From Caldilineaceae bacterium (GTDB taxonomy: Bacteria > Chloroflexota > Anaerolineae > Caldilineales > Caldilineaceae), in contig JAPPKG010000390.1 in the NCBI GenBank assembly GCA_026914085.1, positions 1 through 49,803 of the forward strand: a DNA stretch of 49,803 bases. The letters are read 5' to 3'. Below, piece by piece: positions 37,805 to 47,423 of this stretch. Both the position numbers and the translations under genes were made by a program. The notes beneath the pieces were generated by a model. That model was given only the letters and a program-made list of their open reading frames with translations. It was not told where the DNA came from and did no database searches. Positions within the stretch are counted from its first letter, which is position 1; each line of letters starts with the position of its first letter.

Positions 37805-38419
37805 ATGACAGCTGGACGGAACAACGCGCAATCAGTTAGCCAGCATTGGTGTACTCCGCCCAAGTATGTAGATGCGATACGGGAGTTCTTTGGCGGCGAA
37901 ATTGCGTTAGATCCTTGTTCCAATGAGCATTCCATTGTTAAGGCCACCATTGAGTACAGTTTGCCCAATTCTGACGGGCTGGAAAAGCAGTGGGATGCGT
38001 CTACAGTATTCGTCAATCCTCCCTATGGGCGGGACAGAGAGCGCGGCACTGGCATTCGGGATTGGCTTAGAAAATGCAGTGAAACACACTCGCAATACAG
38101 TTCTGAAGTGCTTGCTCTTGTCCCAGTGGCAACCAATACCCGTCATTGGAAAGATTTCGTGTTTGGTGCCGCTACCGCCGTTACGTTCCTCTACGATACT
38201 CGCCTTCGATTCCTAGTCAACGGAAAGGATTCTGGCAAAGGGGCCCCTATGTCATGTGCGATGGTCTACTGGGGTTCAAGATATAAGCGCTTTGAGAAGG
38301 TTTTTATCCGGTTTGGCGCTGTGGTGGACCTTCGACATTTGTGCGGCAAGCTTATCGGTGCACATGAGCGTCTTCCGCTGTTAGAAACTAGGCAGCGTGA
38401 CGTTTCAGTAGGCGTTTAG
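37805..38419 (+). CDS. Phage-type DNA N6-adenine methyltransferase (Dam, PF05869-like)
   Basis: 204 aa. QHWCTPPKYV, LDPC and VFVNPPYG (motif IV NPPY) in the order typical of the small phage Dam family. Confidence 0.75.
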   Translation: MTAGRNNAQSVSQHWCTPPKYVDAIREFFGGEIALDPCSNEHSIVKATIEYSLPNSDGLEKQWDASTVFVNPPYGRDRERGTGIRDWLRKCSETHSQYSSEVLALVPVATNTRHWKDFVFGAATAVTFLYDTRLRFLVNGKDSGKGAPMSCAMVYWGSRYKRFEKVFIRFGAVVDLRHLCGKLIGAHERLPLLETRQRDVSVGV

Positions 38420-38678
38420 CAGTGCAATATCCGCACGCCGATCCGAGCAAACTAATCAAAGATACTCGATTGGTTTTGCCTATTTTTGTTGAGGATTCCT
38501 TAGCGTAGGCAGTAGCCTAGGCCAGAATTTACTTGTTCCTAGCAAGCTGAGCCGTTTCGGATGTCGAATTTCCTTGGGTTGGATCTGCCCCCAACCACTA
38601 AATCCGCAACCGATCGATGATCTAATCCGCCGGCATCATCTCTAACCGATGCCGGAAGGGGGGCATCCGGGAGCTGTT

Positions 38679-39914
38679 CTAGGATGGATTCCTTGTTAGC
38701 AGATAAAAGGCGTAGGCTGCTGCAAGTGAGGCAGATGCGCCGATTAACCACGACAGAAAAACGGGCCATATCCGTGCAACGACTCCGGGTTTTCGTTGTG
38801 AAATGGTCACTACAAAGTTGGGTAAGAAGCGCCTATGCACCCATACAAGTATTGCAATGAGCCCAGATACAACAGCGACAAAAGACGCACGCCCAGAGAT
38901 CGTCTCCAATGCAGGAAGTAACACGAGCATTAGAAGCACGAACAACACGAGATTCAGACCCACTCCCCACTTTCTAATGTTTGTCACAAAATTCTTTTCG
39001 TGCTGGCGGAGTTGTCTTGCCAGTGCCTCCGCCTTGCCAATAACCCAAGATTCGTGAATGCCTTGAACCATCACATCATTGCGGCCTTCAGCATCAAGTT
39101 CAATAATTGCAAGTTTATTGATTCCATGGGCCTCCGGTTCCTGGATGGAAATCTTCAGGTAGCGAAGTTCGTTCAGACTCGTGGCCTGTTTCGCAAACTC
39201 TTCGAAGTATTGAGTGTTTTCGAGCCCGGCCGACTTGTAGGTGACAATTACGCGACCAACGGCAAAATCCCTTTGCGCCGCCTGAACGATTTCACGGATA
39301 TCGTCTGCGTAAAGCCGAACAGCGCCAACTGATTGACGAACTGTCCGTAGTTGTTCTGGTATTGCACTGTCGGGTCCCCTGCTTTGGTCTGCCTGAGGCG
39401 TGGCGTGTGGGTAAAGCTCAAAGGTGCCTGCAGTGCCAATCGAAGTTTTCCATTGCCCCCGGAAGTGGCCTTGGGGAGTGAGTGTCGCCTTGGCCACAAA
39501 CCTTCCGGTTTCTACTCCCGGAGCGGCTTGCTTCGGGTCGCCTTCAAATTCCAGTGTGCTTCCTTCGAGAGAGCCCGTGAATTCGTAGATTGACAGACCG
39601 TATAAGGTATCCAACAGACGGAGCGTCCCGCGCACGCCCGCTTCTGTTGAATCCAGTTCTATAAAAAGATTACCCGTGTTTGTGCCAAAAACACGACCGG
39701 TCCAGAGCCTTCCTATTTCCGCCATGCGGGCTCTTCTTGTTGCGACTTCTTTGGGAATGCGCCAGCCAAAGCTACTTGACTGAGTGCTAATTGGAATCGG
39801 CAAGAATTGTAGCTTACGTGAGGAAACATCCCTGGCATCGTCGCCGAAAACGCTCCATGCTTTAGGGATCCTTATACCGCTAATGAACGAGTCTAAAACA
39901 CCTAGAATACCCAA
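38679..39914 (-). CDS. Hypothetical membrane-anchored protein (soluble N-terminal ~300 aa + 3 C-terminal TM helices)
   Basis: 411-aa ORF from a TTG at 39914; alternative ATG at 39725 (MAEIGRLW...). Hydrophobic C-terminal segments (LNLVLFVLLMLVLLPAL, FVAVVSGLIAILVWV, VFLSWLIGASASLAAAYAFYLL). No recognisable catalytic motif. Confidence 0.6.
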   Translation of the reverse strand: MGILGVLDSFISGIRIPKAWSVFGDDARDVSSRKLQFLPIPISTQSSSFGWRIPKEVATRRARMAEIGRLWTGRVFGTNTGNLFIELDSTEAGVRGTLRLLDTLYGLSIYEFTGSLEGSTLEFEGDPKQAAPGVETGRFVAKATLTPQGHFRGQWKTSIGTAGTFELYPHATPQADQSRGPDSAIPEQLRTVRQSVGAVRLYADDIREIVQAAQRDFAVGRVIVTYKSAGLENTQYFEEFAKQATSLNELRYLKISIQEPEAHGINKLAIIELDAEGRNDVMVQGIHESWVIGKAEALARQLRQHEKNFVTNIRKWGVGLNLVLFVLLMLVLLPALETISGRASFVAVVSGLIAILVWVHRRFLPNFVVTISQRKPGVVARIWPVFLSWLIGASASLAAAYAFYLLTRNPS

Positions 39915-39940
39915 CTGCCTAAAGCAACCAGTTCCTGCCT

Positions 39941-40864
39941 ATGCCTGTACCCGGTTTTCAACAGCTAATGCTTCCGGCCCTTCGAGCCCTCTCGGATGGA
40001 AAGGAAACCCCTATATCCATAGTCCGCGAGCGCATTGTCGCGTCGGAAGGCTTTACGCCATCTGATTTGAGCGAAATGCTCCCAAGCGGCCGACAGACGG
40101 TCTTTACAAACCGGGTAAGTTGGGCGGTTATCTTCATGGAGCGTGCTGGTCTTATTCAGAGGTCCAGCCGGGGCGTTTATCAGCTCGCTGACGAAGGAAG
40201 AAGTGTTTTGCAGCGCGCACCAAAGCTGATAAACCTCGAACTGCTCAGCAAGTATCCATCGTTTGTCGAATGGCGTAAACGCGCTAATGAGTCATCGGGG
40301 ACGACTAAGGATGAATCGGAAAAGGATCAGGAGATCACAGATACGCCAGAAGAATTGATGGATCGTGCCGACCTGCAGTTGCGCGCAGAATTGCAGTCTG
40401 ATGTGCTGGAGAGAATCCGTAGCGCTCCGCCAGCGTTTCTGGAACGGGTTGTCGTGGACCTGCTAGGCGCTATGGGTTACGGTGGTGGCGACCCCTCAAT
40501 GGGGCGGGTTACTGGTGGTGCGGGCGATGGCGGCATTGATGCTGCCATCAGGGAAGACGCACTGGGCTTGGACGAAGTTTATGTGCAGGCAAAGAAGTAT
40601 GCGGAAGAGAACACTGTGGGTACGGGTGCTCTGCGTAATTTTGCGGGGGCAATTGATGCAGTTGGCACTAGTAAGGGCGTATTCGTGACCACCTCGACTT
40701 TCACCAAAGCCGCAAGGAAATATGTACAACAGAGTCCAAAACGGATAGTGCTGATTGATGGAGAAGAATTAGCTCGCCTAATGGTTGTGCATGACGTTGG
40801 TATGCGTATCCAGCATCAATACAAGATCAGACGGATAGACGAAGACTATTTCGCTCCGGAATAG
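39941..40864 (+). CDS. mrr: Mrr-family type IV restriction endonuclease
   Basis: 307 aa. N-terminal Mrr_N-type winged helix (LMLPALRAL...FTNRVSWAV..ME.AGLI) and C-terminal catalytic core (FERVVVDLLGAMGYGG...GDGGIDAAI...VYVQAKKY). Confidence 0.85.
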   Translation: MPVPGFQQLMLPALRALSDGKETPISIVRERIVASEGFTPSDLSEMLPSGRQTVFTNRVSWAVIFMERAGLIQRSSRGVYQLADEGRSVLQRAPKLINLELLSKYPSFVEWRKRANESSGTTKDESEKDQEITDTPEELMDRADLQLRAELQSDVLERIRSAPPAFLERVVVDLLGAMGYGGGDPSMGRVTGGAGDGGIDAAIREDALGLDEVYVQAKKYAEENTVGTGALRNFAGAIDAVGTSKGVFVTTSTFTKAARKYVQQSPKRIVLIDGEELARLMVVHDVGMRIQHQYKIRRIDEDYFAPE

Positions 40865-40926
40865 TACTGACAAATAGCCAGGCCCCAGTTGTCGGGTGAT
40901 GCCGAGTTGGCGCGAGCGGATGAGCC

Positions 40927-42180
40927 ATGACCTCTGCACTAACCTGGCTTGACTATTCGGAGCGCGATAGACGGCGCGCGATGGATGTCATTGACCTTTT
41001 TCGGGAGACTGGAACGGTTGACGAACTTGGGCTGGCTAGCATTCGCGACAGCTACTCCGATCTTTTCTTTCCCGGCACCAGCACAATTCAGACTCGCGCG
41101 TGTTATTTCCTGCTCATTCCATGGACGTTCCAGCGGATCGAGCGCTTGCGGATCCCATCTAGTAAGGCGGAGGCCAGGGCTCGACGGGCGGAGCTGAACC
41201 TTAATCAACGGATGCAATTGCAGGGCGACAGCCGCGGTGTGTTCGGATCTCAGGCCGGTATGACTTTGAAACGGCTTCCAAGCGAAGTTTATTGGGGCGG
41301 GCTAGGAAGCTGGGGAATTCGTACATTTTCCCGCCACATGTGGGCGTACTTCCGATCTCTTGACGGCTTCTACGGGCGCTACAAACAATTTCGGAATACC
41401 GCGCCCGAACCGGAGGGCAGGATCGCGCCTCCGACAAACTGGCACCCGCACGTCCCTGCACCTCCACCCGGATTCCCGTACGAGAACATCTCTGTCGCTT
41501 TGCGCCACGAGGACGCCGAGTACCTACGCGACCGGATACAGACACGGCATCCCGAAAGCCTGTTGGCTGTACTCGCAAATCGTGCAAATCTGGAGGACCT
41601 CAACGCTGATTGGCCTTGGCAACTTTCCCAGCTCAGCGAGGTTTCACCGGTTCTGCGGGAGCAGCTTCATGACGCTGAGTTGTTTGCTATCTGCATACAG
41701 GGAGCGGCGCTGCTATACAACCTCATGCTTTCGGAACTACAAGGGCATGAGGGGCGAATGGAAACCTACCAGAGCGAATTGGAAGCGTGGGCTGCTGACT
41801 TGGAGGCGATCGGATCGCACGTGGCGGACTGGCAATTGGACGGTGTTTGGAACATTGTGCGGGCGCAAGGTCGTTCGGTTGGTTTTCCGACGCGAACCTT
41901 CGTGGAGCGCTGGATCGCAAATCTCAAGCAAGGTGGTTCCGGAGCTGTCACGCGCGACAACTCCAAAGCCAGAGCGCTCGTACGGGATCGCGAGACCCAG
42001 CTCAAGCGCGGTCGCGCGAGGCTGGTGAGCCCACGACACCTTGAACTGTGGGGCGGACAATCCGGCACAGGGCGATTGAATTACCGGTGGGGCGAAACCC
42101 CAATGAGTGGAACCAGGATGATTCTCAGGGACATCTTCGACGGACTGGAACGGGGCGAGGACGATGCTGGGGACGCGTGA
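40927..42180 (+). CDS. Uncharacterised protein, first gene of the PLD-helicase cassette (DUF6361-like by recollection)
   Basis: 417 aa with no catalytic motif recognised. Conserved-looking N-terminus LTWLDYSERDRRRAMDVIDLFRETGTVDELGLASIRDSYSDLFFPGTSTIQTRACYFLLIPW. The 3' end overlaps the next gene by 17 nt. Confidence 0.6.
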   Translation: MTSALTWLDYSERDRRRAMDVIDLFRETGTVDELGLASIRDSYSDLFFPGTSTIQTRACYFLLIPWTFQRIERLRIPSSKAEARARRAELNLNQRMQLQGDSRGVFGSQAGMTLKRLPSEVYWGGLGSWGIRTFSRHMWAYFRSLDGFYGRYKQFRNTAPEPEGRIAPPTNWHPHVPAPPPGFPYENISVALRHEDAEYLRDRIQTRHPESLLAVLANRANLEDLNADWPWQLSQLSEVSPVLREQLHDAELFAICIQGAALLYNLMLSELQGHEGRMETYQSELEAWAADLEAIGSHVADWQLDGVWNIVRAQGRSVGFPTRTFVERWIANLKQGGSGAVTRDNSKARALVRDRETQLKRGRARLVSPRHLELWGGQSGTGRLNYRWGETPMSGTRMILRDIFDGLERGEDDAGDA

Positions 42181-44071
42181 GCGGACGCTGCTTCTTGAGA
42201 GCTTACGCCCACCCGCGGGCTACCGGTTGCGTCGCGCCGTGGGGACCAGCTACACACTGGATCTAATGGCACTTCTCACGGCCCCTCTCGCTTTCACTTT
42301 CTTCGACGCGCACGACGAGGCGGGCGCCCCCGCGAATGATCCAATAGCGCTACTTGAGGCTCTGCGCAGACACGCCAAGAATGTCACGCTCTTTTGCCAG
42401 GCTGGCGCCATCGCGGTGCCCAAGCCTGAGCAGACCCTGCTGGCCTATCTCGAAGGCTCTGTCGTCGAAGTTCAACCGCCCCGCCGGGAAGGAATTTTTC
42501 ACCCCAAGCTATGGGTACTCGCCTTCGAAGGGGAGGAGGCACCGGTGATTTATCGTGTGCTTTGCCTTTCCCGAAACCTGACTTTCGCCCGATCCTGGGA
42601 TACTTGCCTTTCTCTTGAGGGTCCGCTCACCCAGAGGCAGCGCGGTTACGGGAGAAACAAGCCGCTGGCCGAACTGCTTTTAGCCCTTCCGGGGCTCGCG
42701 GCAAGACCGGTTCGATCGGATGTGCGCGCAGACATTGAGCGCATGGCCGACGAGGTGCGGAGGGTGGATTTCCAACCGCCCCCGCCGTTCACCAGCTTTC
42801 GCCTGCACCACTTCGGGTTGGGGCGCAGGCGGCAATGGCCATTGCCGGCTTCTTCGCGGAGTCTCGTGATATCGCCGTACCTGTCCGGTTCTGTCATTCA
42901 ACAGCTTACTGAGCAGCATGGTCTCCAGATATTGCTCTCCAGACCGGAAGCGTTCGAAGAAGTGCTCCGACATTCGGGGGGCGAGGCGCTCCCCGAAACG
43001 TGTTACGTGATGTCGCCGGGCGCCGAACTCGATGCGCAGGAGGCAGATGAAAAGGATGCGCAGGAGACGAATGGATCGCCTCGTGTCGCTGAGCAGGTCG
43101 ACCTGGCTGGCCTCCACGCCAAACTGTTCCTGTTCGAGACTGGCCGGGACGTCAGGCTTTTCACCGGCTCGGCAAATGCGACTACCGCAGCATTCCAAAT
43201 CAACGTGGAAGTGCTCGTTGAGCTCTTCGGCAGAAAGAAGGACTGCGGTATCGCATCGCTGCTCGGTTCCGAAGACGATTCGCGGCAAGAAACTCTCCTT
43301 TCGCTCCTCCAGGCATACAAACCTCCATTCGGCGAAATAACTGACGAGGATCTTGGGAAGGTTTTGGAGAGGAAGGTTGAACGGTTGGCTCGAGATCTTG
43401 CATCGTCGCGTCTTACCGCGACCGTCCGTGAGGCGAACGTGGAACAGCGGTGGGATATCGCATTATCGGGGGAGTTTCCAGAGTTTCCGGGGGACGCGAC
43501 GGTAACGGTCTGGCCGGCCACGCTCTCCCCAAGTCACGCACAGCGGATCGAGAACTCGCCCCGGCAAAAAGGTGCATCGGGTGGCGGACCCCAAGAGATA
43601 GCAACCATCCAGGGCGTGTCATTTGAGGCACTGAGCGCATTTTTTGCTTTCGAGATCTGCCTGCGCGATGGACCGGCATTGGCTCGGCAGCGGTTCGTAG
43701 TGACGGTCGAGTTGATCGGGGCACCCGAGAACCGAAAGGAGCGCCTGCTTCAGTCGCTTCTGAAGGACCGGCGTCGTGTACTTAGGCTGCTCCTGTTGAT
43801 CCTGATGGACGAAGGTACGGATGTGTCAGCTTTTGTGCAGGCAGCAAGCCGTGACGAAACCAAGTTGGATGGGGCGTTCGGAGGATGGCGTGAGGAGGCC
43901 CTGCTGGAGGCTCTCCTGCAGAGTCTCAGCCGTAACCCTGACCGGATCGACGAGGCCGATCGGCTCATTTCGGACCTTGGGAGTACGCCGGAAGGGAGAG
44001 ATCTGCTGCCGGAGGGTCTGAGCGAGATTTGGGAACCGGTGTGGGCGGCGCGTGGGGCGCAAAAATCATGA
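42164..44071 (+). CDS. Phospholipase D-family (double HKD) nuclease-like protein
   Basis: 635 aa. HKD-like motif 1 is FHPKLWVL...CLSRNLT. Canonical motif 2 is LHAKLFLFE......FTGSANAT. Confidence 0.8.
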   Translation: MLGTRERTLLLESLRPPAGYRLRRAVGTSYTLDLMALLTAPLAFTFFDAHDEAGAPANDPIALLEALRRHAKNVTLFCQAGAIAVPKPEQTLLAYLEGSVVEVQPPRREGIFHPKLWVLAFEGEEAPVIYRVLCLSRNLTFARSWDTCLSLEGPLTQRQRGYGRNKPLAELLLALPGLAARPVRSDVRADIERMADEVRRVDFQPPPPFTSFRLHHFGLGRRRQWPLPASSRSLVISPYLSGSVIQQLTEQHGLQILLSRPEAFEEVLRHSGGEALPETCYVMSPGAELDAQEADEKDAQETNGSPRVAEQVDLAGLHAKLFLFETGRDVRLFTGSANATTAAFQINVEVLVELFGRKKDCGIASLLGSEDDSRQETLLSLLQAYKPPFGEITDEDLGKVLERKVERLARDLASSRLTATVREANVEQRWDIALSGEFPEFPGDATVTVWPATLSPSHAQRIENSPRQKGASGGGPQEIATIQGVSFEALSAFFAFEICLRDGPALARQRFVVTVELIGAPENRKERLLQSLLKDRRRVLRLLLLILMDEGTDVSAFVQAASRDETKLDGAFGGWREEALLEALLQSLSRNPDRIDEADRLISDLGSTPEGRDLLPEGLSEIWEPVWAARGAQKS

Positions 44072-47000
44072 ACTCACGGGAAGCGGGCGAGCGTCCGGAC
44101 ACTAGCGCTGTTCTCAAAGGCCTCAAGGGATTTCAGCGCAACACTGTGGAATACGCTTTCGAGCGTCTCTACAAGGCTTCGGACTCGACACGGCGTTTCC
44201 TGGTGGCCGACGAGGTTGGGCTTGGGAAGACGCTGGTGGCGCGAGGAGTCATCGCGAAGGCAATCAATCATTTGTGGGAAGGGACGCACAGGATCGAGCG
44301 GATCGACATCGTCTACATCTGCTCCAATGCCCAGATCGCCAGACAGAATGTTCGCCGTCTACAGATTGGTGACAGTCGGTTTGTCCGATCCGACCGATTG
44401 ACTCTGCTTCCGCAGGTAATCCACAACCTTAAGGGGAACAGGGTCAACTATCTCGCATTCACACCCGGGACATCTTTCGATCTGAGGAGTAGCTTGGGCC
44501 GCCGGGACGAGCGCGTCCTTCTTTATCACATGGTTCAGCGAGTCTGGCCCGATCGCCGGACTGGCCCCAAGAACCTTTTTCAAGGAAACGTGCGGAATAC
44601 AAATCACTTTCGATGGGAGTTGAAGGAGTTTAAGCAGCAGCACCACATTGACGCGGATCTTGCCGCAGACTTCGAACACCGTTTGCACGAGGAAGGAGAG
44701 ACCTTCCGGGAAATCTACGAGGACTTGTGCAACCGATTCCGGCGGAGTGGACGCCGGGTCCCGTGGGACGATCGCCGCGGGCAAATTGCAATGATCGGAA
44801 AACTTCGTTCGATGCTGGCTGAGGTCTGCGTTACGGCGCTGGAGCCCGATCTCGTGATCCTGGACGAATTCCAGCGCTTTAAGGATCTTCTGGATGGAGA
44901 GGATTCGACTGCAGAATTGGCGAGGCAGCTCTTCAACTATGCCAATCCTGAGGAGAATTCGGATGTTCGTCTTCTCCTGCTCTCCGCCACGCCCTACAGG
45001 ATGTATACGCTCCGCCATGAAGAGGCCGAAGACGATCACTACCGGGACTTTCTGCGAACCGTGGAGTTCATCGACTCCGGCCTGAAGGAGAGTGGAGAAC
45101 TCCGTAGGCTCCTGGACGACTACAGACAAGCGATGTACCGGATCGAGTACGGGACGGAGCGGCTTGAACAAATCAAAGGACGGATCGAGCGGCAACTCCG
45201 CCGTGTCATGTCTCGGGTCGAGCGATTGGGAGCATCCACCGACGTGCATGGGATGCTGCGTGAGGTCCCTTGTGCCGGACTTCAACTCACTGCTGAAGAT
45301 ATTGGGGACTTTCTGGCACTGGATAAGATCGGCCACGAAGTGAGACAGCCGCAGGTCCTTGAGTATTGGAAGTCGGCCCCCTATCTGCTGAGCTTCATGG
45401 ACGACTATAAGCTGAAAACCGAGGTGGTCGAGGGTTTGGGAATTTCCCCGGAGAGCAACCTTCAGAGGCTTCTGGCCAACAGTGGGCGTGTATCTCTTTC
45501 TTGGGAAGAAGTGGAAGCCTATTCGAAGCTCGATCCAGCCAACGCCCGCCTGCGCAGCCTCCTTGAGTGGATGGAGCGTGGCGAAGCGTGGAAATTGCTT
45601 TGGCTGCCCCCTTCACTTCCCTATTACGCGCAGTCCGGACCCTGGCGAAAGGCCCGCGAGCAGCAGCTTTCCAAGCGTCTGATCTTCTCGACCTGGGCGG
45701 TGGTACCGAAGGCCATTGCGAGCGTGGTGAGCTACGAGGTAGAACGACGGGTCTTCCAGCGCTTCAATAACTCGATCCGCAATACGCTCGAGGAGCGCAA
45801 GAGACGCCGCCCCCTGCTTCGCTTTGCGTACTCAAATGAGCGCCTTACGGGCATGCCCGTGCTGGGAATCCTTTATCCGAGTCCCAGCCTGGTTGAGCTG
45901 GCAGGCCCTGTTCCGGTGCAGGAAGGCGAGGCGACCCTGGCCGCTGTGGTTTCCCGTGCCCGGGAGCGGCTCGATCCTTTGCTCGGCAAACTTACGGAGC
46001 CGTATCTCCGTGCGGATCGTGAAGACGAAAGTTGGTACTGGGCGGCCCCGATCCTCCTCGATCTCACGAGATACGGCGAGTCGACCGAGAATTGGTTTGA
46101 TCGGCGGGATCTTCCAAGCATTTGGAATGGGGCGCAGCAGGATGAAGAAGAGGGCTCCCGGTGGGTGGATCATGTTAGCGAAGCGAAGCGGCTGATTGAC
46201 GCGGGAATCGGTGCGGCGCTCCGCGGATCGCTGGATTTAGGACGGCCTCCAGAGGATCTCACGGAGACTCTTGCCACCAGGGCAGTAGGCGGGCCTGCAA
46301 CAAGCGCGCTCAGAGCTCTCACACGTGCCTGTCACCCGCTATCTCCCGCGGATATCGGGGCTCGTGATGCCGCCGCCCGAATCGCGTGGAGCTTTCGGAC
46401 GCTATTCAATCTCCCGGAGGCAATGGCACTAGTCCGCGGGGAGCGACTTAAGGATGAGACGCCCTACTGGCGGCAGGTCGTGGACTACTGCGCTACGGGC
46501 AACCTCCAGGCCGTGCTGGACGAATACGTGCATACGCTACGAGATTTCGAGGGGTTGTTCGCTGCCGATGACGAGGAGGCCTGGAGCAAGCTAGCCGACG
46601 CTATAACGAGTGCGTTGGCGATTCGAACCGCGGTGCCGCGCGTGGACGCGATTCGACTCGTCGATGGGAAGGCCAATATCGAGCACCACAGCCTCCGCAA
46701 CCACTTTGCAATGCGCTTCGGGACTCAGGAGCGAGACGACGGTAAGGCAGGAGCGCGCGAAGGACAAGTTCGACAGGCATTCAACTCGCCATTCTGGCCC
46801 TTTGTTCTCGCCTCCACTTCCGTCGGCCAGGAGGGGCTGGACTTCCACGCCTACTGCCATGCCGTAATGCACTGGAATCTACCCTCAAACCCCGTCGACC
46901 TTGAGCAGCGAGAGGGTCGGGTTAACCGCTACAAGGGACACGCCGTGCGAAAGAATGTTGCCGCCAAACACGGTCACTCCGTCCTCGGTGATGGCTCGGC

Positions 47001-47331
47001 GGACGTTTGGGACGCTCTTTTCCAAGTCGCTTCCGCGCATTCGTCGAATGGCAATGGTCTCGTTCCCTATTGGCTCTTCCCGCCCGCCGACGAAGGTGCA
47101 CACATCGAACGACACGTCCCCGCGCTTCCCTTGAGCCGCGACGCCGATCAATTCAGAGCGCTGAAGCGATCTCTTGCTGTGTACCGGATGGTGTTCGGTC
47201 AGCCGCGGCAGGACGATCTGATGACCTTCCTCTTGGAACGCTGCCGCCCTGAATTTTTAGAGGAAATAAAGCCTTTGTTGCAGATCGATTTGTCACCAAG
47301 ACCGACTGATCCTTACCCCGCATCCAGGTAA
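44068..47331 (+). CDS. SNF2/DEAD-like superfamily 2 helicase-related protein
   Basis: The ATG at 44068 forms an ATGA overlap with the PLD stop. Motif I ADEVGLGKT, motif II VILDEFQRF, motif III LLLSATPY, motif VI QREGRVNRY. There is a large insertion between the two RecA-like lobes. About 1087 aa. Confidence 0.8.
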   Translation: MNSREAGERPDTSAVLKGLKGFQRNTVEYAFERLYKASDSTRRFLVADEVGLGKTLVARGVIAKAINHLWEGTHRIERIDIVYICSNAQIARQNVRRLQIGDSRFVRSDRLTLLPQVIHNLKGNRVNYLAFTPGTSFDLRSSLGRRDERVLLYHMVQRVWPDRRTGPKNLFQGNVRNTNHFRWELKEFKQQHHIDADLAADFEHRLHEEGETFREIYEDLCNRFRRSGRRVPWDDRRGQIAMIGKLRSMLAEVCVTALEPDLVILDEFQRFKDLLDGEDSTAELARQLFNYANPEENSDVRLLLLSATPYRMYTLRHEEAEDDHYRDFLRTVEFIDSGLKESGELRRLLDDYRQAMYRIEYGTERLEQIKGRIERQLRRVMSRVERLGASTDVHGMLREVPCAGLQLTAEDIGDFLALDKIGHEVRQPQVLEYWKSAPYLLSFMDDYKLKTEVVEGLGISPESNLQRLLANSGRVSLSWEEVEAYSKLDPANARLRSLLEWMERGEAWKLLWLPPSLPYYAQSGPWRKAREQQLSKRLIFSTWAVVPKAIASVVSYEVERRVFQRFNNSIRNTLEERKRRRPLLRFAYSNERLTGMPVLGILYPSPSLVELAGPVPVQEGEATLAAVVSRARERLDPLLGKLTEPYLRADREDESWYWAAPILLDLTRYGESTENWFDRRDLPSIWNGAQQDEEEGSRWVDHVSEAKRLIDAGIGAALRGSLDLGRPPEDLTETLATRAVGGPATSALRALTRACHPLSPADIGARDAAARIAWSFRTLFNLPEAMALVRGERLKDETPYWRQVVDYCATGNLQAVLDEYVHTLRDFEGLFAADDEEAWSKLADAITSALAIRTAVPRVDAIRLVDGKANIEHHSLRNHFAMRFGTQERDDGKAGAREGQVRQAFNSPFWPFVLASTSVGQEGLDFHAYCHAVMHWNLPSNPVDLEQREGRVNRYKGHAVRKNVAAKHGHSVLGDGSADVWDALFQVASAHSSNGNGLVPYWLFPPADEGAHIERHVPALPLSRDADQFRALKRSLAVYRMVFGQPRQDDLMTFLLERCRPEFLEEIKPLLQIDLSPRPTDPYPASR

Positions 47332-47423
47332 TCGTTGTAACGAATCAAGCAATAGCGGAAAACGTCACACTGTATTCCAAGCTCGCAGGCGCACCATCGG
47401 CACGGCCAGGCGTTTGATGGGGA

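Noticed and set aside
38575-38635. Possible tRNA-derived fragment (AAATCCGCAACCGATCGATGATC against the tRNA GAACCCGCAACCAATGGATTAAG) that might mark an internal, older island junction.
   Set aside because: About 16/25 matches with no flanking similarity to the acceptor or T-arm. This is too weak without a formal alignment.
38630-38655. Hairpin CCGGCATC-N10-GATGCCGG downstream of the 38679..39914 gene, considered as an intrinsic terminator.
   Set aside because: The 8-bp stem is perfect, but no U-tract follows on either strand and the loop is large. It is left unannotated.
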